Source: Macrostomum lignano
Lineage: Eukaryota
Assembly (NCBI GenBank): GCA_002269645.1
Contig: NIVC01000513.1
Coordinates: forward strand, 494,416 to 558,415
Length of the DNA stretch: 64,000 nt
Reading direction: 5' to 3'
Part shown: positions 1-13,209 of the stretch, piece after piece
Position numbering within the stretch: the stretch's first letter is position 1
Layout: every line of letters begins with the position of its first letter
The notes under the pieces: model-generated
What the model saw: the letters and a program-made list of their open reading frames with translations, nothing else
The model's database searches: none
Told to the model about the DNA's origin: nothing
Program-made: the position numbers and the translations under genes

Positions 1-932
1 GTTTTTCAATTAAAAGTCTCACCTAGACTTCATTTATATGGAGGCTCTTTGAGCTTCTGTAGTTCCCGCGGTTTTAGAAGATGATGAGCATATCTAGCCA
101 TGACGTAGATGAAGCCTACTGGGTGTCCACTTGGGTCCAGTTGCAGATTGCCTTAATTAATTTGGCCACTGCCCGATAATAGAGGATGATGGTGTGCTCC
201 TAATTCCCGAGCACTGCAGGTGTGGCAGTTACTTTGGCTATTTTGTGCATTGGCGCTCGCAAACTCACCTTGGCGATTCCTCACACGCCCTTCATGAGCT
301 CACGCGTATCCACACACGCATGCACCCACCCACCCAGATCTCTGAGGAGTTCCGCTGATATAAGTAAAGAATTTTAATTAAAAAAGTGAAGATAATTACT
401 AATTGTCTCGCGAACTGAAGTGCTTATATATTGTTGGCAGATTAAGCCTGAAAACACGAAAACGCCCCAAATAGTCGCAAGTGTACGTTTTGTCTTGACC
501 AGCGATTTTAACAAACTGCCCGTAGAATTTAAATAGCAATAAAATAGAAAAAATAGCAATGTCGTTAAAAGAATATTTTCAGAAAAAGTTGGTCTTCAAT
601 AAAGTTTAACAGAAACGAATAGAAAAATACAAGGATTCTCCCGAGTGAACCACTGGTTAACCAAATCATTCCACTGATACTTATACAGAGATAGGAGGCT
701 TCTATTTTCAGCAAAAAATGTTATTGCTTTTGATTTTTTAGTTATATTGATATTCATTAAGCTTCTCGTAAAGAAAATTAGGATTCTAATGTTAATTTTA
801 TATTCTACGTACTTGATCTTATACGTACTGTGCCTAAAAATCATTTACGACAAAAAATGGTAAAACTTGACTCGCTGCTTTTACGAACCGGTGTTATTAT
901 TACGTTACAAATTTTCTTACACAATCATTAGG

Positions 933-1254
933 CTAATAATAATAATATCAGTAATAATAATTATTTTCACCTGCCCTAAGCGCCAGATGTGCAACCGACA
1001 GCTCAGCCGCAGCTATTGCGCGGCGCATCTGAAGGCTGCGTACGGCTGTTCAGTCCATGGACTGGGGGGGGGGTCGCCACACACCCTCAATTACCCCAGC
1101 TAATGCTGGCACCCATTTTACAGCTGGGTGAACTGGAGCAATGCAGAGTTGAGTGTCTTGCTCAAGGACACAAATTGTTCCAGTGAGATAGGGAATCGAA
1201 CCCCCGACCTTTCAGTCGCGATTCTGACGCTCTCACCACTAAGCTACAGCCCCC
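933..1254 (-). mobile_element. Full-length tRNA-derived SINE with a CORE/Meta-type central domain and an (ATT)n tail
   Basis: On the minus strand: head GGGGCTGTAGCTTAGTGG (Pol III A-box), GGTTCGATTCCC (B-box), central GTGTCCTTGAGCAAGACACTCAAC...CACCCAGCTGTAAAATGGG, and 3' tail TTATTATTA repeats. Confidence 0.85.
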
Positions 1255-1255
1255 A

Positions 1256-1546
1256 GGTTACAGACATGACATCTTGTAACCTGTTAGACATGATATTCTG
1301 TAACCTGTTAGACATGAAATTCTGTAACCTGTTAGACATGACATTCTGTAACCGGTTAGACATGACATTCTGTAACCTGTTAGACATGATATTCTGTAAC
1401 CTGTTAAACATGACATTCTGTAACCTGTTAGACATGACATTCTGTAACCTGTTAGACATGACATTCTGTAACCTGTTAGACATGAAATTCTGTAACCTGT
1501 TAGACATGACATTCTGTAACCTGTTAGACATGACATTCTGTAACCA
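1256..1546. repeat. 24-bp minisatellite (aacctgttagacatgacattctgt), about 12 copies
   Basis: Direct inspection; explains the CNLLDMTF / MSNRLQNV shadow ORFs. Confidence 0.97.
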
Positions 1547-1911
1547 AGAAACGTATAGTTTCCGTTCTTCTACTTAAGTCGTCCTTCATTACAGCATGCA
1601 GCGATGCACAATCACAGCGGAGATACATTCATGAGCGCCAAAGTGAGGGAGTGTGTGTGTCAGGTTGGTACGGGCAAATTTCACTGCAAAATGCACTGGC
1701 GAGATGGCAGGACATTTTCAATGTGTTTTTTTAGCAAGAAAATTGGGCTGTAAATTTCCTCCCATCTCGCCAGCAAACTTTGCAGCTGATTCACGGGTGC
1801 TGTTGAGTTGTCCACATAGTCTCGTACTAGCTAGCTGGTAACAACTGCATGCAATAGAAAACCGGAGTGTCTGCTCTCATCTCTGAGCCCCATCCACCAT
1901 GAACTCAAATC

Positions 1912-2178
1912 TCAAGGCTCAAGTTCGTAGGCAAGATTCGAGGAACCATTGACTCCGATGGTGTTGCTGTGGTAGCTGTCGCCGCCTCGCCCGTTGCCAT
2001 GGTATTCGGCCGAGTTCGAATTCAAATTATTCTCTGGCGACTTCCGCTTCCGGCAGAGGCTTAGCGGAAATGTGTCCCTAGGGCCCAGGGTGAACCAGTG
2101 GCGCAGGGTGTAGCGAGTCACCAGGCCCTGGGCTACCAGTTCGTGATCCCTGATGGGAGTTATGGCCTTGGCGAGGCT
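1912..2178 (-). CDS. SLC6 exon 11 (C-terminus)
   Basis: cacttgcag|SLAKAITPIRDHELVAQGLVTRYTLRHWFTL... ending at TGA 1914-1912; resembles the DAT/NET C-terminal LAY.I.PE.D..LV..G.VRQF.L.HW motif. Confidence 0.85.
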   Translation of the reverse strand, partial: SLAKAITPIRDHELVAQGLVTRYTLRHWFTLGPRDTFPLSLCRKRKSPENNLNSNSAEYHGNGRGGDSYHSNTIGVNGSSNLAYELEP

Positions 2179-2220
2179 CTGCAAGTGAATGAAGAGATGC
2201 ATGCAAGAGGTGAGAGTTGA

Positions 2221-2797
2221 TTCTGTTACCTGTTAGACATGAAATTCTGTAACCTTTTAGACATGAAATTCTGTAACCTGTTAGACATGAAATTCTGTAA
2301 CCTTTTAGACATGAAATTCTGTAACCTGTTAGACATGAAATTCTGTAACCTTTTAGACATGAAATTCTGTAACCTGTTAGAAATGAAATTCTGTAACCTG
2401 TTAGACATGAAATTCTGTAATCTGTTAGACATGAAATTCTGTAACCTGTTAGACATGACATCTTGTAACTTGTTAGACATGAAATTCTGTAACCTGTTAG
2501 ACATGACATTTTGTAACCGGTTAGACATGAAATTCTGTAATCTGTTAGACATGAAATTCTGTAACCTGTTAGACATGACATCTTGTAACCTGTTAGACAC
2601 GACATCTTGTAACCTGTTAGACATCTTGTAACCTGTTAGACTTCTTGTTACCTGTTAGACATGTCATCTTGTAACCTGTTAGACACGACATCTTGTAGCC
2701 TGTTAGACATGAAATCTTGTAGCTTGTTAGACACGACATCCTGTAGCTTGTTAGACACGACATCTTGTAGCCTGTTAGACATCTTGTAACCTGTCTA
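2221..2797. repeat. Same 24-bp minisatellite family, about 24 copies, in SLC6 intron 10
   Basis: aacctgttagacatgaaattctgt units, degenerating toward 2797. Confidence 0.97.
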
Positions 2798-2828
2798 AGG
2801 ACAGTCCGAATGTGAAACGCGCACTCAC

Positions 2829-3050
2829 CCGATAGTAGATGATCACAATGATTGCCACCAGGGGAATCAGAGCAATCTGGGAGAAGCACATGACCCAGCC
2901 GATTACTTTGCCGCTGATAGGGTACTGGTATACATAACTAGCATCCGCTGTGCGGTTCGGGAACAGTTCAGGGTGGTACTCGGTGTACTGGTAGGAGTAC
3001 AGGAAACTGCTGGGATCGGCCAGGGAGATGCAGTTGAACACGATTATCAC
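2829..3050 (-). CDS. SLC6 exon 10 (TM11-TM12)
   Basis: ctccag|VIIVFNC...YQYPISGKVIGWVMCFSQIALIPLVAIIVIIYYR|gtgagt; 222 nt. Confidence 0.85.
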
Positions 3051-3108
3051 CTGGAGTGGGTTGAGGCAATCAATTTATTATTTTTTAGTTGTACTCAAAA
3101 CTCAAATA

Positions 3109-5440
<2,332 letters not shown>

Positions 5441-5469
5441 CGGCACAGAAGCTGCTGTCCCGCACTCAC

Positions 5470-5570
5470 CAGGATGAAAACGGGAGCGATGTATTTCCAG
5501 CACAATCGCCAATAGATTCCGGGCGCGAACCCCAGGTTGGTTTTGACGTCCTGGCAGAACTGATCCAGGC
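5470..5570 (-). CDS. SLC6 exon 9 (IL5, TM11)
   Basis: gaag|GC LDQFCQDVKTNLGFAPGIYWRLCWKYIAPVFIL|gtgagt; 101 nt. Confidence 0.9.
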
Positions 5571-5658
5571 CTTCATTGAAATTTTTTCACAGAATAATCA
5601 AAGCTCAAGACAATAACAAGGTAGTGAATGCACATTAAAACATTAAAAAAAATCTGAC

Positions 5659-5758
5659 CATAAATCCAGGACACAACAAAGGCTTGCGTGAAAGCCACGA
5701 AAATGATGGACAGACCGGCTGAGAAATTATTGAACAGATTCCACAGGTACATGCCGCC
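5659..5758 (-). CDS. SLC6 exon 8 (TM10), not in the ORF track
   Basis: tttacag|GGMYLWNLFNNFSAGLSIIFVAFTQAFVVSWIY-G|gtcaga; 100 nt. Confidence 0.9.
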
Positions 5759-6246
5759 CTGTAAAGGGTTGGCAGCGGTGGGTTCTGAGCAACCGGTAAA
5801 TATGACCTAATCTAAATGATGCGCATAATCTACATGTAGACTGTGACCTAAATCTATATACTATTCACGACCTCAACTATCTACTTGCTATCTGGGGGAT
5901 GCTTGCTGTCTTGGGGATGTTTTCTATTTAGGGGGAATGCCTATTATCTTTCTGAAAGCTTTATTTTGTTGTCTTTCTGTTAATTATAGAAAAAAAGAAA
6001 TTCATAGCAAACATCTTTGTCCGTGACAATTTTACTTGATTAAGGTGATTTATAAAACTGAAGAAGGAATTGGTTCTTAAGAAAATGTGCTCTTTTAATT
6101 GTTCTCCATGAATATTTTTTGCTCCTTGCTTATTGCGCGCCCCGAAGGGGGGTACTAGATTGCTAGTCTATATACTATTTATGACCTAAACTATGACCCC
6201 ATCTAGACCTGTCAAAACGCAGGTCAAAGACGCATCTGAAACTCAC

Positions 6247-6387
6247 CGGAGTGCACAGCAGGATGGACACCAGAAAAGCGGCGTACACCACAACAGCTGA
6301 GAAAGCCTGACGGAAGAATCGATATTTCCCCAGACGTTTTTCGAGATAGTCGCCGAATCCCGTGAGCACGCTCTCTATGCCGCCCAT
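6247..6387 (-). CDS. SLC6 exon 7 (TM8-TM9)
   Basis: ttccag|MGGIESVLTGFGDYL...SILLCTP|gtgagt; 141 nt. Confidence 0.92.
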
Positions 6388-6466
6388 CTGGAAATAGTTT
6401 TAGCAGCAATCTCTTGTGTCAGTTTATTGTCAATGCCACTGAGACTTCAGCATCCGTCAGACTCAC

Positions 6467-6579
6467 AGCGCTGTCCAGCCCGAGGGTGATCAGCAGGCCG
6501 AAGAACAGGATGGACCACAGAGGCGCCATTGGCAGGGTGCCGATGGCCACTGGGTACACTTGGAATACCAGCCCGGGGC
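6467..6579 (-). CDS. SLC6 exon 6 (EL4, TM8)
   Basis: ctgcag|[39 protein letters not shown]|gtgagt; 113 nt. Confidence 0.93.
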
Positions 6580-6634
6580 CTGCAGGAGTGTTTGAGTGTG
6601 AATTGGTCTTTGAATTCGAAATTCAATAAAAATA

Positions 6635-6764
6635 TTAGTTAGTTAGATAATTGTTATTAGTCAGTTATTTCGTTAGCTAGCTTGCTAGAAATTTTGTTAG
6701 TTAGTTAGTTAGATATTTAGTCAGTTAGTTAGTTAGTTACTTAGTTAGTTAGTTAGTTAGATAT

Positions 6765-6805
<41 letters not shown>

Positions 6806-6853
6806 CAGTTAGTTAGTTAGTTAGTTAGTTAGTCAGTTAGTTAGTCAGTTAGC

Positions 6854-6925
<72 letters not shown>

Positions 6926-6930
6926 CAGTC

Positions 6931-6977
<47 letters not shown>

Positions 6978-6990
6978 CAGTTAGTTAGTC

Positions 6991-7061
<71 letters not shown>

Positions 7062-7064
7062 CAG
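6635..7064. repeat. (TTAG)n microsatellite in SLC6 intron 5
   Basis: About 430 bp of ttag with tcag variants. Confidence 0.98.
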
Positions 7065-7086
7065 AAACGGAGCAGTAATTTCGCAC

Positions 7087-7315
7087 CCTCAGTGGTGACC
7101 TCCTCAATGGGCTTGCCAGTCACCTCGGCCATGTAGCCCAGGTAGCTGAACACCACGAACCCGGCCAGGAAGCTGGCGGACACGTTGGCCGCGGTCGCGA
7201 TCAGGCTGTCCCGGTAGCAGTTGCTGGTCTTGCTGCTGTAGCTTGCCAGAGCCAGGTGGACACCGAAGCCGGCGCCGGTTGAGTAGAACACCTGAATGGC
7301 GGCCTCGATCCACGG
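7087..7315 (-). CDS. SLC6 exon 5 (TM6, TM7)
   Basis: cacag|PWIEAAIQVFYSTGAGFG...NCYRDS...SFLAGFVVFSYLGYMA...TEG|gtgcga; 229 nt. Confidence 0.93.
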
Positions 7316-7395
7316 CTGTGTGGAGAGTAAATCATCAATTGAAAGCTGAATTTGGAACCATTTTTCATTGCCACATCGGGTGAAAATATTTTTAC

Positions 7396-7530
7396 CTCGA
7401 TTGAATTCAGTTTAGAAACGTCTGGCAGGATAAAGTACGTGATGCCCTTTGTGGCGCCCGGCAGTCTGGCTCCGTTGCCAACCAGAATGAGCATCAGGAT
7501 GTACGGCAGAGTGGCAGTGATGTAAACAAC
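7396..7530 (-). CDS. SLC6 exon 4 (TM5)
   Basis: ccaag|VVYITATLPYILMLILVGNGARLPGATKGITYFILPDVSKLNSIE|gtaaaa; 135 nt. Confidence 0.92.
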
Positions 7531-7554
7531 CTTGGAAATATATGTAGAGATGGC

Positions 7555-7727
<173 letters not shown>

Positions 7728-7735
7728 AGACATAC

Positions 7736-7873
7736 CTTTCCAGAGGTCTTCACCCGCGCCACAGCGAGAAGTACAGGCAGGTGAAGACCACAAAGCAGCA
7801 GATGACGAGCCCCAGCTTCGGGCTGCCCAGTCTGTCGATGCCGCTGCTCTGGTGGAGGCCGAGAACTCCCCGT
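7736..7873 (-). CDS. SLC6 exon 3 (TM4), contains a -1 frameshift at 7753-7755
   Basis: ctgcag|A CGG GGA GTT ... TGG CGC GGG TGA; adding one G restores LWRGVKTSGK|gtatgt. The exon is 138 nt but the flanking phases require 139. Confidence 0.9.
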
Positions 7874-7955
7874 CTGCAGTTCGAGTGCAAAGCAGCAGGG
7901 GATGCGGCTTCAATAAATCAAAGGAGAAACAGAAAAAAGATGGCATTTGTCTCAC

Positions 7956-8322
7956 TCAAAGAACTCCTCGGAGGCCAGCACGGCATTGGCGCTGAGGTTC
8001 TGAGCAGACAGGTTCCTGTACTGCTCAACGGTGACGCACCACCTGGTGTTGAAGTGGTTGTCACACTTCATCCAGGGCAGGGCGTCAGTTGGCGACAGCG
8101 AGTTGAACAGGTACAGAAAGCACCAGCCTATGATGACGTTATAGTAGAATGCAACCAGGTAGCTCATGAGATTCTGGGCCAGGCCCAGACCCCTGGCGAT
8201 GGGGCAGATGTCCCACACTGCGATGGGGCCTCTCTGGTTCATCTGGCCAAGCAGCAGCTCCATGTAGAGCAGGGGCACCGCTTGGAAGAAATTCATCAGC
8301 AGGTAGGGGATGAGGAAGGCGC
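7956..8322 (-). CDS. SLC6 exon 2 (TM2, TM3, EL2)
   Basis: ttccag|GC GCC TTC ... GAG TTC TTT GA|gtgaga; AFLIPY..MELLLGQ..FYYNVIIGW..LPWMKCDNHFNTRWC; 367 nt. Confidence 0.95.
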
Positions 8323-8378
8323 CTGGAATTTGTTGTCATGCATCGCACACTGTTGGAGTCTGTGAGTCTGGCGTTCTT

Positions 8379-8470
8379 TGTCTGCTTGCCTGTCTGCCTG
8401 TCTGTGTGTGTGTCTGCCTGTCTGTGTGTGTGTCTGTCTGTCTGTCTGTGTGTCTGTCTGTCTGTCTTAG

Positions 8471-8515
<45 letters not shown>

Positions 8516-8532
8516 CTCCGTCTGTCTGTCTG
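8379..8532. repeat. (TGTC)n microsatellite in SLC6 intron 1
   Basis: Direct inspection. Confidence 0.96.
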
Positions 8533-8701
8533 CTTGTACATGTAATTTTGTATATAATGACAGTCCGTCTGTCTGGCTGTAACGATAGACTGTCTCTTAC
8601 TCTAGCTGTAATTTCCGCCTACCAGTCTTTAATGTGTGCCCAACAGTCTGTAAATGACAGTCTGTCCAAACGGGCATGCATGGCACCACCAAGTCGCTCA
8701 C

Positions 8702-8927
8702 CGCCGCCATACTTGTAGCACAGGTATGGGAACCGCCACACGTTGGACAGGTCCACAGCAAATCCCACAACAGACAGCAAGAAGTCGACCCTGGATCCCC
8801 AGCTCTCGCGCTCCCTCTGCTGCTGTCCGCCGCCGCTCCCATCCGCCCCAATTTGGGAGCCGGCCGCGCTCTGGCCGAGATCCACCACCTCGATGTCCTC
8901 CGTCTTGACCTCACCTCTGACGTTCAT
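8702..8927 (-). CDS. SLC6 exon 1 (N-terminus, TM1)
   Basis: ATG at 8927; MNVRGE...[21 protein letters not shown]; donor G|gtgagc; 226 nt, ends in phase 1. Confidence 0.9.
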
Positions 8928-9385
8928 TGTAAAACAATTAATAGAAATTAAAATATTAATACTCCTAGAAACTCAATAAAAAGTTTTCACTCTCTAAGTG
9001 CATGACAGGTTTTATATAGTCGTAAAGCATTGGCTTGTGCGTAGTGAGAACTGCTTTATTGCTCAAATGGGGCTCTCAAGCTAGCCAATGGCCGTTTAGT
9101 AATGTTGTTATCCGCTGTACTTATTTGCGCAGAACTTATTATACATGTAGGCTGCATTCCTGCAAGCGCTCAACTCAAATTAAATGGCTATTTAATACCA
9201 TCATTATAGGCTCGCCAGTTTCAGGTGCGGCCACTTTATTGCATGCACTGTTAGGTATGCCGAGAGTTTTAGCTAACGGTATTTAGATCGTCGCTTGATG
9301 GGTCTTCTATATAGCTTAGCTTGCAATAGTTCGTCAGTGGCTGCGTTTTTAAAGTATGTAGGACACCTGATGGTTAGGGGAACGT

Positions 9386-10178
9386 AGCCCAGCAACTGAG
9401 GATCTGGCTTAGGAGGCTGGCCCAGCAACTGAGGATCTGGCTTAGGAGGCTGGCCCAGCAACTGAGGATCTGGCTTAGGAGGCTGGCCTAGCAACTGAGG
9501 ATCTGGGAGGCTGGCCCAGCAACTGGGGATCTGGCTTAGGAGGCTGGCCTAGCAACTGAGGATCTGGGAGGCTGGCCCAGCAACTGAGGATCTGGGAGGC
9601 AGGCCCAGCAAATGAGGATCTGGGAGGCTGGTGGCCCAGCAACTGAGGATCTGGGAGGCTGGTGGCCCAGCAACTGACGATCTGGGAGGCTGGCCCAGCA
9701 ACTGACGATCTGGGAGGCTGGCCCAGCAACTGACGATCTGGGAGGCTGGTGGCCCAGCAACTGACGATCTGGGAGGCTGGCCCAGCAACTGAGGATCTGG
9801 GAGGCTGGTGGCCCAGCGACTGAGGATCTGGGAGGCTGGTGGCCCAGCAACTGAGGATCTGGGAGGCTGGTGGCCCAGCAACTGAGGATCTGGGAGGCTG
9901 GTGGCCCAGCAACTGAGGATCTGGGAGGCTGGTGGCCCAGCAACTGACGATCTGGGAGGCTGGTGGCCCAGCAACTGAGGATCTGGGAGGCTGGCCCAGC
10001 AACTGAGGATCTGGGAGGCTGGTGGCCCAGCAACTGGGGATCTGGGAGGTTGGCCCAGCAACTGACGATCTGGGAGGCTGTCCCAGCAACTGACTGTTGC
10101 ATCATCAATCGCTACGGATCTGGCTGTCCCAGCAACTGAGGATCTGGGAGGACCCAGCAACTGGGAATCTGGGAAGCT
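9386..10178. repeat. 28/31-bp VNTR array 1 (ggcccagcaactgaggatctgggaggct[ggt]) upstream of the SLC6 ATG
   Basis: Direct inspection; source of the SSVAGPPASQILSCW shadow ORFs. Confidence 0.97.
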
Positions 10179-10745
10179 AACGGTGGCACAACCTGTAGGT
10201 GCGGATGACAGGTTTTAAGCCCAAGTTTTACTTTATCAGTCATAAAACTTCGTCGCACGGTTATTTAGATTTGCATTGTAAAACGCAATGAAAGTATCTA
10301 AAAAAGTTAATTACCAGCAAAGGCAATATAATGCGTTTAATTTTCACTTTATTCTGGTGTCTGAAAGTCTCTGCTTAAATTTAATTAACTCGTATATGAA
10401 ATGAAATAAAATAAAAGCCTATTTCGCTGGAACGGACAAGCAAAAGTCAAATATTCGGCTCCACTATGCTGCCCAGAACCTGAAGAAATGACGGTCTGCG
10501 TGTTTGTACAGAGCTCTGATTACACATTACCAAACATTTCAGCATGCAGGCATGTGGCGACCTGGACCGCAAATGGCAGACAGGAGTGCCAAAACGAACG
10601 CTCACTAGTACGAGTCCGAGGTGTAAAGGGTTGGCAAGGCTTCAAATTACTTCGTACCAGCGTACTATAATAACTCCAGGTCTTAAATAGCTTGTAGTAC
10701 GATTAGCACAGTAAGCAGGAACTTCTACAACTGCAGGTCGGCGGT

Positions 10746-12107
10746 GTCCCAGCAACTGGGGATTTGGGAGGCTGGTAGCCAAGCAACTGAGGATCTGGGA
10801 GGCTGGTGGCCCAGCAACTGAGGATCTGGGAGGCTGGCCCAGCAACTGAGGATCTGGGAGGCTGGCCCAGCAACTGAGGATCTGGGAGGCTGGCCCAGCA
10901 ACTGAGGATCTGGGAGGCTGGCCCAGCAACTGAAGATCTAGCTTAGGAGGCTGGCCCAGCAACTGAGGATCTGGCTTAGGAGGCTGGCTTAGCAACTGAG
11001 GATCTGGGAGGCTGGTGGCCCAGCAACTGAGGATCTGGGAGGCTGGCCCAGCAACTGAGGATCTGGGAGGCTGGCCAGCAACTGACGATCTGGGAGGCTG
11101 GTGGCCCAGCAACTGAGAATCTGGGAGGCTGGCCCAGCAACTGACGATCTGGGAGGCTGGCCCAGCAACTGACGATCTGGGAGGCTGGTGGCCCAGCAAC
11201 TGAGGATCTGGGAGGCTGGTGGCCCAGCAACTGAGAATCTGGGAGGCTAGCCCAGCAACTGAGGATCTGAGAGGCTGGCCTAGCAACTGAGGATCTGGGA
11301 GGCTGGCCCAGCAACTGAGGATCTGGGAGGCTGGTGGCCCAGCAACTGAGAATCTGGGAGGCTGGCCCAGCAACTGACGATCTGGGAGGCTGGCCCAGCA
11401 ACTGACGATCTGGGAGGCTGGTGGCCCAGCAACTGAGGATCTGGGAGGCTGGTGGCCCAGCAACTGAGAATCTGGGAGGCTAGCCCAGCAACTGAGGATC
11501 TGAGAGGCTGGCCTAGCAACTGAGGATCTGGGAGGCTGGCCCAGCAACTGAGGATCTGGGAGGCTGGTGGCCCAGCAACTGAGGATCTGGGAGGCTGGCC
11601 CAGCAACTGAGGATCTGGGAGGCTGGTGGCCCAGCAACTGGGGATCTGAGGCTGGTAGCCCAGCAACTGAGGATCTGGGAGGCTGGTGGCCCAGCAACTG
11701 AGGATCTGGGAGGCTGGTGGCCCAGCAACTGGGGATCTAGGAGGCTGGTAGCCCAGCAACTGAGGATCTGGGAGGCTGGTGGCCCAGCAGCTGAGGATCT
11801 GAGAGGCTGGTGGCCCAGCAACTGAGGATCTGGGAGGCTGGTGGCCCAGCAGCTGAGGATCTGGGAGGCTGGTGGCCCAGCAACTGGGGATCTAGGAGGC
11901 TGGTAGCCCAGCAACTGAGGATATGGGAGGCTGGTGGCCCAGCAACTGAGGATCTGGGAAGCTGGTGGCCCAGCAACTGAGGATATGGGAGGCTGGCCCA
12001 GCAACTGACGATCTGGGAGGCTGGTGGCCCAGCAACTGAGGATCTGGGAGGCTAGCCCAGCAACTGAGGATATGGGAGGCTGGCCCAGCAACGGAGTATC
12101 TGGGAGG
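10746..12107. repeat. 28/31-bp VNTR array 2 (same family)
   Basis: Same unit, about 45 copies estimated from length. Confidence 0.97.
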
Positions 12108-12424
12108 AGCTTAATGGAAAACTCAATTTAAAGCCAAATTAACAATGTTAACAAAGGTGGAATGCTTAAACTTAATTGCCCAGCAGTGCAGGAAACACAG
12201 AGACTTCAAACGTTCAAGTTTCGCTTTAATTTATATTTGATAATACGAAACGCACAATCGGCAAGCCAGACAAACTCAAGCTTCAAAGTTAATGTCAATG
12301 AATTTCATTGAACAAAAAGCAATTCATAAAAATGCTCTCTTTGACACAGCTGACAAGTGAAGATGAAGAGTTCGTAGCGATTAAAAACCTCATCGTTAAG
12401 AAGAGTCTTGAGTATTCATCACTG

Positions 12425-12460
12425 TTAACGCTTTTTCTTTGATGATGCAGAAGCCGCGGT
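12425..12460 (-). CDS. SURF2: SURF2 exon 3 (TAASASSKKKR*)
   Basis: gtcttttcag acceptor, phase 0, TAA at 12427-12425. Confidence 0.7.
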   Translation of the reverse strand, partial: TAASASSKKKR

Positions 12461-12552
12461 CTGAAAAGACAGCCAGTTTACAAATACATTTTGGAATAAA
12501 ATAAAATTATTTCACTAACGCTCTACTGCCAGTAGCAAAATGAGAATCTCAC

Positions 12553-13209
12553 CGTCTGTTGAGTCGGTTTAGTAGGCTCGGCTTCTGCTTTTCGCTTTAA
12601 TTTCTTCTTTTTTGATGGAGGCGGTGAAGGTTGACGTTGCTGCAACTCTTCCAGCATCTCTTCGTCCGCTTGATCGCTGTCGTCATCTGGTTCATTTTCC
12701 TCAGCCTCTTCTTCATCAACGGAAGCTGATTCGGAATCGCCTTCTGAGTCTGAGTCTCGGACAGGCTTGACAGCTGGGCGCAGCTTCTCGCCCGGCCTCT
12801 TCAAGCCTTGAAGCGTCATTCTGGCGCTGTACTTTCTATACAGCGACGTGTTCGGCTCGAACGGCTGACCCGATGATCTGGCAGATTTATAAGCCAGCAG
12901 AGCGGCGAGGAACCGCCTGCCGCTCGTGTGCCTGGCCACATCCACCGGCGTGTCCGACACAAACCGGCAGGTCAGCTGGCAGAACAGCCGCTGTGAGGCC
13001 GCCGGGGCGTCGCCGTCATCACCAGCAGCCCCATTGGACCTGGACGGTTCAACCAGGCTGGCATCGATAAGGTAGCGGCGGAACTCCTGGGGCACGGAGC
13101 AGCTGGCGGTCCATCTGGACAGAGCTTTGTCGAACTTCTTACCGCCGGCATAGGCCAGTAGGGCATCGGATGAGCGCGGCAGCTCGTGGCCAGTCAGGGT
13201 GCAGTGGAT
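12553..13209 (-). CDS. SURF2: SURF2 exon 2
   Basis: actgccag|ATC CAC TGC ... CAG ACG|gtgaga; 657 nt open. Confidence 0.9.

Noticed and set aside
288-290. In-frame TGA as selenocysteine in ...RELMKGV-TGA-GIAK (minus strand, position approximate)
   Set aside because: No recognisable selenoprotein motif or SECIS element, and an alternative splice model avoids the codon.
1180-1254. tRNA gene (Ala-like)
   Set aside because: A- and B-boxes are present, but the 3' acceptor strand does not pair with GGGGCTG and the sequence runs into a SINE body and tail.
6635-7064. Interstitial telomere
   Set aside because: The unit is TTAG, not TTAGG or TTAGGG; it is an ordinary tetranucleotide microsatellite.
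9475-12091. Multiple overlapping 140-350 aa ORFs
   Set aside because: All frames are open because of the 28/31-bp VNTR; there is no domain content.
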